Origin: a virus
Taxonomy: Duplodnaviria > Caudoviricetes
Reading direction: 5' to 3' (one strand)
DNA: 64,000 nucleotides
IMG/VR virus record: IMGVR_UViG_3300017721_001026
Span: 64,001-128,000 of that record
Shown: piece by piece, positions 56,723 through 64,000 of the stretch
Numbering within the stretch: the first letter of the stretch is position 1
Layout: each line of letters begins with the position of its first letter
Notes under the pieces: generated by a model
Databases searched by the model: none
What the model was told of the DNA's origin: nothing
What the model saw: only the letters and a program-made list of their open reading frames with translations
Translations under genes and position numbers: made by a program

Positions 56723-57313
56723 TTAAACGTAAGATGATAGTGTTGTGAAATCTGCGACATTCAACGGATCTGTTTTACCGATTAGTTTGGAAGAGGCACA
56801 TGTTAATCCTTTAATAAAGTTTGATACTATTTTCATTTCAGTATTTGCTACAATTTTTGCAACGTTTGGTGTAAAAAGTCTATATCCTACTTCTGCTTTT
56901 AAATCAAAAGATCCATCACATTTGAGTTTGATATCTTGGTTTGCTTCTATTTTAACATGACCTCTTCCAGTGGTCTCACCATTTGCTAGAATATCAATAT
57001 CCCTAGCAACCAGTCTAATACGACCATTGTCTGCTGTCAAGTTTATGTCACCATTAAGGCAATGAATATCTATTCCAGGTTCTGTACCATTTACAGTGTC
57101 ACCACACTTTATCTGAAAAACACCAGGATTTCTTAAAGAAGTCCATCCTGCTCTATTTCCATCATTATCCATATGTAGATAGTGTAATGGATGGAAAGCT
57201 TCTAATCCAGCACCAGTAACTACACCGTCACCGCACTGAGTTCCAAGTAACAAATCACCTTGAGGGTTAGTTTTCTTTACCTGAACATGCCTTAATGCTT
57301 TTGAATCTGACAT
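56723..57313 (-). CDS. gp5 C-terminal-like beta-helix spike protein
   Basis: NGDINLTADNGRIRLVARDIDI repeats; follows the gp5-like gene; late promoter at 57330-57337. Confidence 0.6.
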   Translation of the reverse strand: MSDSKALRHVQVKKTNPQGDLLLGTQCGDGVVTGAGLEAFHPLHYLHMDNDGNRAGWTSLRNPGVFQIKCGDTVNGTEPGIDIHCLNGDINLTADNGRIRLVARDIDILANGETTGRGHVKIEANQDIKLKCDGSFDLKAEVGYRLFTPNVAKIVANTEMKIVSNFIKGLTCASSKLIGKTDPLNVADFTTLSSYV

Positions 57314-57332
57314 ACTATGTTTTTATCTGTAT

Positions 57333-60182
57333 TTAGTATCCACCTCCACCACTTCCACTACTATATCCACCACTAGATGGTGGTGGTGTGGGTGTTGGTG
57401 CAGGAGGTGGTGTAGGTGCTGGTGTTGGTTGAGGAACCGTAGTAGTAGTCGTTGTTGCAGTTGGTGTAGGTATTGGATCTACAACCACACCTTCTGCAGA
57501 TTCTTGTTCTTCATCAGCAGGAATTGGTTGAATAGCATTTCCAACTTTTGGAGTTGGTTTTGCGTATGGATCTCTCAAACTTTCTTCTGGAGTATCATAG
57601 ATGTAGGAATGATTTATCGGACTATGAAGTCTTCCAACCATCTTTCTTCCTTTATGTTTATGGTATGGTCCATAATATGGTTGTCCATTCACATAACCAA
57701 TAACCAATCTACCAATACAATCATCAACAGTAATAATTCTGTCACCAGAAAGAGTTTTTGCATTATCATCAGGATTTTCATCAATTCTCTTCTTAAATAT
57801 TGGTAAGATTATTGCATTAATACCTGTATTTGATCTTATGTAGATATCTGGATATGAACTAAACGTAGAACCAGGATCTTGAATTACAACTTCAATAAGT
57901 TGACCAATATCATTGAAAACTGGAACTAATTTTAAACCAGTATCTGATCCTCGTTTTTCTCCACCACCATCAACTACAATTACATCACCCTGCTTATAAT
58001 TAAATCCAGGATTGTAAATATACACTGCATCTAGTATAATATCTGCCCTCTCACCACCACTGATAGGTCTATTATCACGTGGTCCTTTTATAAGTCTCCA
58101 TTTGCCACCATCCCAAATTGATTTATCTCCTTCTCTAACATCTTCACCAACAAATCCTTCCCAGTTACCAGTACCGTTTGTAACATTAGTATATGGAGAA
58201 TTGATTTGAGGATCTGTAGGTGCAGTTCCAGTAAAATCTGCAGGACCTAGTTCATTCTTAAATGTATTTGTAGGAGTTGGAACTGTAAGTGACCCACCAT
58301 TACACATTAAAATAGGACTTGTTGGTCCTTGACCACTAATAACTTGAATTACATTCCCATCTGGATCAAATACTTCAACTTCTGTATCTACTGGTAATGT
58401 AATACTGGGACAACGATCATATCCTTCTGCCTTATAAGGTATTTCAATTGCATCATCAGGTTTCTTTACTTCCCATTTACCAGTTTGATCTCTAAGAATT
58501 GCTTCTTCTGGTTTACTAATATTTGTAGAACCATCTGGTTCATCTAGATAACCATTGCCAGGTTGAACTACGAGAGCACCAACAATTTGAATATCATCAC
58601 CTTGTTTTAGTGATGTATCTGCTGGACTATCTGGATTATTCGCATCATTAGTAATAAGTTCAATTTTATAACCACCACCATTTCCGCAAGCATCTGTGAT
58701 ACTAATTGTTGGTGTGTAAGTATACCCACTACCAAAACTACTAAAGTCAACACCCATGATCTGACCACCAAAGGTAATTAGATCAGCAGCAAGACCTTGA
58801 CCACCTCCACCACTGAAAGAAATACTAGGAGGACCACAAGGTAATTGTGATGTATTACATTCTGGACCGACTTCACCAGGGATTGCTTTGGAAATGTCAT
58901 CCATAATGCCCGCAATTCCCTCAGACACATCTGCTGATAAACTAGATCCGTCCCAGAAACTCCACTGATCTTTATACTCACAGTTTGGAGTAGAATCACA
59001 TTTTAAGAAATTAAGAAGACCTTGAATAATTTCAAGAACAGAGAATGCCTGACTAACTATTCCTGCTCCCTGTCCAACTAAACCAGCAATACCACTTACT
59101 GCACTATTAACAGCACCAGTAATCTCACCAAGAATATTACCAAGCATATCACCGACCATCTTCTCGGCAGCACACATTGGTGCCATCACATAATTATCAA
59201 CCAACTGCTCGAACATACCCTTTGCCATCTGAAAGAGTGTATCCATAATTTTTTGGAATACACAAGCAAGAGTATCGGTAGTGGTTGATGCACCACCAGA
59301 GAATATCTGTCTCAAGTTTGGTGGTAACAACTCTCCAACATCTTTAAGACCAGCATTGATTTTGTTGAGGATAAATCCTCTCATCTTACCAACAATCATC
59401 TTAAAGAGACTTGCAACTGCACCAGCAACTTGATTTGTAATGTTCTGTATGTTTGCTAGGATACTATTTGCAGTCTCAATCGCAGTTGATGCGAATAGTT
59501 TTATTCTTTTAATAGTTGCAAGAGCTCTTTGGATAAATCCTTGAACACCTTTTACTGGTCCAGCACCACCTTCACACTCAATATTTCTTTTTCTAGGTGA
59601 TCCTTCCTTACCATCTGCCGTTTGTATAAGTTCCTTTTTTGTTTTTTGGGAAGAATCTGCACTGAATGATTCAATGATTTGCTTGTCTCCAGCTGCTGGT
59701 GCAGTGGGGATGGATGGTTCTTTTATGGATTTCGGTCCAGTCTTACCATCATAACCAGTTCTACCAACATATCCTTCTTCAGGATCTCCACCAAACAGTG
59801 CAGTATTTGGGTCGTTAGGAAGAGCTCCTAAAATGACTGGTTGTCTACCTTCAACCCCATCCCAGAACCAACCTACAACCCAGGATCCTTGAGCCAGACA
59901 AATAGTTTCACTATAACCACCATGACCAGTACCTGCAGTTACAGGGAGAATGACATCCGCCATATCCAGTTGTTGATCTGGGACAACTTTTACCTCAGAA
60001 TCTCTACCGAATATTCTTACACGATATCTTGTACCATGACCTTTTTTATCTTGGCGATCATGGTTTTCTAGGACTTGATTTCCAATCCAAGTAGACTCGT
60101 CAACAATTTGACCAGTCCACCAGTACATTTGGTTTTTTGAAAGTCCAGTTGAATTATACTGGTTTGTTAACTGTCTGACCAT
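57333..60182 (-). CDS. gp5-like baseplate hub protein (OB-fold N-terminus)
   Basis: WWTGQI..YRVRIFG..WVVGWFWDG..QPVILG. Confidence 0.75.
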   Translation of the reverse strand: MVRQLTNQYNSTGLSKNQMYWWTGQIVDESTWIGNQVLENHDRQDKKGHGTRYRVRIFGRDSEVKVVPDQQLDMADVILPVTAGTGHGGYSETICLAQGSWVVGWFWDGVEGRQPVILGALPNDPNTALFGGDPEEGYVGRTGYDGKTGPKSIKEPSIPTAPAAGDKQIIESFSADSSQKTKKELIQTADGKEGSPRKRNIECEGGAGPVKGVQGFIQRALATIKRIKLFASTAIETANSILANIQNITNQVAGAVASLFKMIVGKMRGFILNKINAGLKDVGELLPPNLRQIFSGGASTTTDTLACVFQKIMDTLFQMAKGMFEQLVDNYVMAPMCAAEKMVGDMLGNILGEITGAVNSAVSGIAGLVGQGAGIVSQAFSVLEIIQGLLNFLKCDSTPNCEYKDQWSFWDGSSLSADVSEGIAGIMDDISKAIPGEVGPECNTSQLPCGPPSISFSGGGGQGLAADLITFGGQIMGVDFSSFGSGYTYTPTISITDACGNGGGYKIELITNDANNPDSPADTSLKQGDDIQIVGALVVQPGNGYLDEPDGSTNISKPEEAILRDQTGKWEVKKPDDAIEIPYKAEGYDRCPSITLPVDTEVEVFDPDGNVIQVISGQGPTSPILMCNGGSLTVPTPTNTFKNELGPADFTGTAPTDPQINSPYTNVTNGTGNWEGFVGEDVREGDKSIWDGGKWRLIKGPRDNRPISGGERADIILDAVYIYNPGFNYKQGDVIVVDGGGEKRGSDTGLKLVPVFNDIGQLIEVVIQDPGSTFSSYPDIYIRSNTGINAIILPIFKKRIDENPDDNAKTLSGDRIITVDDCIGRLVIGYVNGQPYYGPYHKHKGRKMVGRLHSPINHSYIYDTPEESLRDPYAKPTPKVGNAIQPIPADEEQESAEGVVVDPIPTPTATTTTTTVPQPTPAPTPPPAPTPTPPPSSGGYSSGSGGGGY

Positions 60183-60189
60183 GAGTTAC

Positions 60190-60417
60190 TCAGTCCTCAT
60201 ATACTAGGCATTCTGGTTCTGATGGGTTAGCATCACAATACAGTTCTAGTGGTGATGGATCATGATGATCACCTGCTTCAATTTCTTTCTTGTGATGCTC
60301 TGCATAATCTTCCAACTCGTGCAACTCACCTTCAATATGACGACGTTGTTGTGGTGAGATGGTAGGATTCTCAAGAATCTTTTTATCTGTTTCGATGTGC
60401 GTTTCTATGTTTTCCAT
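60190..60417 (-). CDS. cp12: CP12 Calvin-cycle regulator (phage type)
   Basis: C-terminal LELYCDANPSEPECLVYED; alternative start at 60435. Confidence 0.85.
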   Translation of the reverse strand: MENIETHIETDKKILENPTISPQQRRHIEGELHELEDYAEHHKKEIEAGDHHDPSPLELYCDANPSEPECLVYED

Positions 60418-60424
60418 GTTTAAA

Positions 60425-61720
60425 TTATTCGACAATAGAGTCTCTGATAATATTTAGCTTGGTGTAGCAACCTTCTGCAGCAATTAAATGTGCAACGTCT
60501 GCTACTAAGTATTTTCCAGATTTTTTCTTAGATATATCTTTTCTTTTTTGATTGGCAGAAATTTCTGGAAAGTCACAATATACTACATCACCAGGGAAAA
60601 TGCCAAAATCACCATCTATCTTAAGATTTACATGAAATAAATTAGACTGATAGTATCTTTTTGCTGCAATCTGAGGTATTTCGTCATGGTTGAATGATGG
60701 TTCTTGTGCTGCATTAAGTTGTTTATCAAGAGTTGGTCCTGTTGGTTGAACACCAGTGTCTCTAAATTTGTGAGAAATATTCCCAGTAACTTTATCGGGT
60801 AATCCTAAATGTGTACCAACTTGTGGTTTATCAGCACTTAAATTATTATCTCCTTGATACGAATCATCACTCGCATGTGAGGTTTGTGTGTATAAATGTG
60901 AATATGGATCTATTGTTCTTGTTTTAGTATTTTGCAATGCACCAAGATGTAAAGTATCAATTATGTTTGTGTTGTTTGAAAATTCAACACTCAAAATTTT
61001 ATTACTATATCCAGGAGGAAGTTTGGTAGTTTCTGTTAACAACATTCTTCTCTTTGGTTCCTGACTAAACATGACATCAATAGATCTAAAGTTTAATCCA
61101 TTGTAAGTATCAAATAAAAAGTAACCAGCAGATTTAGGAAACTTTTCTGGTTGTGCTTTGTTGCATAGTGTAGTAACAAAATCTAAAGGTCTTTCAGTAC
61201 AACCCTTAACTGGTAATTCAGTTACAGTTGGATCAATGGCAATTGGTCTCTGAGTAATTTTAGAAAGAACTTGATTTACAGTATCACTTATCTTCTGGTC
61301 GAACCTAGAAACAACATAGTTTTCTTCTAACTCATTTAATATAAAATCATCCATACACAAATCAATTCTGTGCATTTCTTTCATGGTATTTGTTGCCGAT
61401 GATATCACTTCAGCAATAGTAAACTCAGATGCTCCAGTGAATACTAATTCAACTTGATTTTCATCTACAACAGTTAGATCAACTTTTTCTCCCGTGATAA
61501 GATTTATTTCTCCAGATTGATCGGCAGATATTGTACCATCTTTTCCATCTATTCTTATTCCACTATCAAACATTTCAAAAGTAGCACGGACGGAATGATC
61601 AAAAATACTTTGAAAGATTAAAATATGTGAAAATGCACCTTCCCCCAACAAACTAAGATCACTACCGTAGTTTGATGTAATCGTAAATTTCTTTACGTTA
61701 TGTACTAAGGGTTTTGTCAT
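60425..61720 (-). CDS. baseplate hub / tail protein (gp27-like)
   Basis: GYFLFDTYNGLNFRSID, IDGD..I.PGD, SGKYLV..V.H; lies upstream of gp5. Confidence 0.6.
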   Translation of the reverse strand: MTKPLVHNVKKFTITSNYGSDLSLLGEGAFSHILIFQSIFDHSVRATFEMFDSGIRIDGKDGTISADQSGEINLITGEKVDLTVVDENQVELVFTGASEFTIAEVISSATNTMKEMHRIDLCMDDFILNELEENYVVSRFDQKISDTVNQVLSKITQRPIAIDPTVTELPVKGCTERPLDFVTTLCNKAQPEKFPKSAGYFLFDTYNGLNFRSIDVMFSQEPKRRMLLTETTKLPPGYSNKILSVEFSNNTNIIDTLHLGALQNTKTRTIDPYSHLYTQTSHASDDSYQGDNNLSADKPQVGTHLGLPDKVTGNISHKFRDTGVQPTGPTLDKQLNAAQEPSFNHDEIPQIAAKRYYQSNLFHVNLKIDGDFGIFPGDVVYCDFPEISANQKRKDISKKKSGKYLVADVAHLIAAEGCYTKLNIIRDSIVE

Positions 61721-64000
61721 TTATGTATAGTATTTGCTACCTGAGGTGCTTACTTTTTGACTGTTATTTGTATTACTATCAATTATATATGGTTGATTTA
61801 TAAGAACTATCTTAGTACCATCTTCTTCATAATCAGCATGACTTCTTAATTTATCATCACTATTTAGATTGACTGGAGTAATATTACTGGGACTTACAGA
61901 ATTTGAACTTGGTTTATTGAAAAATTGTGATTGTTGGCCAGCAGAAGTTGCTGCATGTTCTCTTGCACCCGCAAATATATCAGTGAATCCACTGGTTCCT
62001 TGTAGTGATGAGAAGTTTGCTTGCTGACTATCCTCATTTTGAGTAGTTTCTTTTTCTTTCTTTGAGGGAATTATAGGTGGTCCTTTAGTAATTGTTGGAG
62101 TTTTAACTGGTTTTGCATCAACTCCATACTTACTAGAAAGTAATGCACTCACCTTTTCTGCATCAAATTTAGGTTTTTCTCCAGCTGGTGCCAGTGACTC
62201 TGGACCATCAGCATCACTGATCCCTCTTATAGAATCAGTTTCGGAAGTTTTATTTGCTAATTCTGCTTTGAAGTTTCTAAAATGTTTTTTAACCATATCA
62301 CGAATAATTGGACCACCACTTCCAGGTTTTCCACCTTGCTTGATCATCCATAAATCCCATCTTGCACCAAGACCTCCCCATGCCGTAGGACCATAATTAT
62401 CAGGTTGTCCATCTCCATCCGAATCAGCATGACCTGCCAATCCTCTTGGATCATAACCAGAACCTGCCTCAGCATGAGTCCAAATATTTTTATCAATATC
62501 ACCTTCACCCCATCCCCATTTAATTGCAAGTCTTGCCGCTTCAGCAGACATTTGATTTAACTGTTCATGTGTAACTGGTTTGCTGCCAAAATTATTCGGT
62601 GTGGCACCAGCCATTGCAGCAAGTGATAGTCCTACAGAATTACCATTCTTACCTTCAGTGTGCTTTCCTGTCACATCATAATCTTTATTTCTATAAACAC
62701 TACCATCACCTCCAAATATTGTATGGTATCCATAACTTTTACTTGCATCATTATAATTTCCAGCAGTCCAATGTAAGTAAATTTGAGTATCCTTACCTCT
62801 TGTTTTTCCTGGAGTAAAGTTTGGATCACCAAATTTAACTGGAGTAATTGTTCCAGTTCCAGATGGAAGGCTACGTCTACCACTACCTTGACTTACTGTC
62901 GGTCCACTTCCTCCAGGACTTTGAGATTCATCACCTTCAGAATCGTTGGTTCCTCGTTTATCAGTGGCAATAGATTTACTATAAACTGAACCTTCATTAT
63001 TTGGATCCGATTCGGAGAAGAATGCTGTTCTTAAAACATTAAACTTTTTAACTAGATTATACTCTAAAGGATTTAATAAAGTAGCCCAACCACCAAGTTT
63101 TATCTTACCAAGATTTAAGAAGGGAACCCATGATAAATCAATTTGTGGTCCATCTTGTTTTTGGATATTACTAATACCCTTCATCATCCATTCAGAAAAT
63201 AATTTAGCACCATTTACAACTTTTAAAATATCATTTTTCAGTCTCTTTCCAACCGCAGATGCACCTCCACCATTCAATAGTTCATACATCAGATCACCGA
63301 CATATTCACCAGCAAGTGTTCCAATGATTGTTCCTAAGAATGGAATTGGGATAAATGAACCAAGGAATCCACCAAGTGCAGAACCACCTACCTTAAACAA
63401 TGCTCTATCAAGTTTACCATCTTCCATATAGGAAGCAATACCAATCATAAGTGGACCAATAATTGGTATTCTACCTAGAGGTCCAGAACTAACTTTGGCA
63501 AATTTACTTGCAAGTCTTGCTCCTGATCTATTCAAACCAAGTCTTGCACCACGACCCATAATTCTGGTCTGAAGACGACTTCCAGATTTTGCAAGTCCTC
63601 TTCTAAAAACACCACCCGCTCTTCCAGATGCTGGTCTTCCTCCAGCACCTGTTCCAAGACCAGGACCTGATGGTTTAGGAACAAACTTTTTGTTCCTAAT
63701 CATCTTATCCACATTTGCTTTTGCTCTCCTTGCTGCTTGAGTTGGAGTCTTACCAGATTTTATAGCATCATCATATGCATTCTGATATGCTCTAGCAGCA
63801 TCATTACCATACTTTCTTTCAAATAATTTTGCCTGCCGACCACGATTCATATATTCCGAAGTCTTACTTGCTCCTGATGCTGGTTTTCCACCAGGTGATA
63901 GTTTAGTTTGAGGTTGTACTCCAGGTTTTGCTCCAGGAGTCATACCATTAAGAGGAACTCCAGACATTGCCAAGATCATTGCAATGTTGATAAACTTGTT
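61721..64000 (-). CDS. tail protein with an N-acetylmuramoyl-L-alanine amidase domain (5'-truncated)
   Basis: Frame is open to the window edge; IYLHWTAG..YH..HTEGKN..SVG..THAE amidase_2 motifs; hydrophobic GGxLG helices. Confidence 0.7.
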   Translation of the reverse strand, partial: NKFINIAMILAMSGVPLNGMTPGAKPGVQPQTKLSPGGKPASGASKTSEYMNRGRQAKLFERKYGNDAARAYQNAYDDAIKSGKTPTQAARRAKANVDKMIRNKKFVPKPSGPGLGTGAGGRPASGRAGGVFRRGLAKSGSRLQTRIMGRGARLGLNRSGARLASKFAKVSSGPLGRIPIIGPLMIGIASYMEDGKLDRALFKVGGSALGGFLGSFIPIPFLGTIIGTLAGEYVGDLMYELLNGGGASAVGKRLKNDILKVVNGAKLFSEWMMKGISNIQKQDGPQIDLSWVPFLNLGKIKLGGWATLLNPLEYNLVKKFNVLRTAFFSESDPNNEGSVYSKSIATDKRGTNDSEGDESQSPGGSGPTVSQGSGRRSLPSGTGTITPVKFGDPNFTPGKTRGKDTQIYLHWTAGNYNDASKSYGYHTIFGGDGSVYRNKDYDVTGKHTEGKNGNSVGLSLAAMAGATPNNFGSKPVTHEQLNQMSAEAARLAIKWGWGEGDIDKNIWTHAEAGSGYDPRGLAGHADSDGDGQPDNYGPTAWGGLGARWDLWMIKQGGKPGSGGPIIRDMVKKHFRNFKAELANKTSETDSIRGISDADGPESLAPAGEKPKFDAEKVSALLSSKYGVDAKPVKTPTITKGPPIIPSKKEKETTQNEDSQQANFSSLQGTSGFTDIFAGAREHAATSAGQQSQFFNKPSSNSVSPSNITPVNLNSDDKLRSHADYEEDGTKIVLINQPYIIDSNTNNSQKVSTSGSKYYT

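Noticed and set aside
1-64000. Stop-codon reassignment
   Set aside because: Long genes are intact in the standard code, and TAA, TGA and TAG all end genes; gaps are explained by ORFs under 60 aa.

Overview
A 64-kb segment of a T4-like marine cyanomyovirus (likely a Synechococcus phage). Nearly all real genes are on the minus strand. In transcription order (right to left): (1) a baseplate/tail module with an amidase-bearing tail protein truncated at the window edge, a hub-like protein, CP12, a gp5-like protein, a beta-helix spike and two chaperone-type proteins; (2) cpeT, a 2OG-Fe(II) oxygenase and an unusual tRNA-Ile(UAU) with a long variable arm; (3) about 30 kb of large virion/tail-fibre genes under T4-type late promoters, carrying LamG, S8 protease, cupredoxin-like and Gly-rich domains; (4) an NblA-like ORF missed by the ORF track and an SF2 helicase; (5) an island of seven 2OG-Fe(II) oxygenase genes around two paralogous short fibres, a Cys-rich protein and an acidic coiled-coil protein; (6) an early region of small ORFs organised as cassettes, each led by a palindrome plus sigma70 promoter; (7) a non-coding origin-like stretch and a glycosyltransferase-like gene. 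The best candidate for an undescribed system is at 12.3-21.4 kb. One fibre carries a ~250-aa, Lys-free, ~30% Arg hexapeptide-repeat insert between its HxH motifs (net about +68). It is encoded next to a roughly charge- and length-matched acidic coiled-coil protein (net about -60) and is surrounded by oxygenases that could modify it. All family assignments are by motif recognition by eye; no searches were run.
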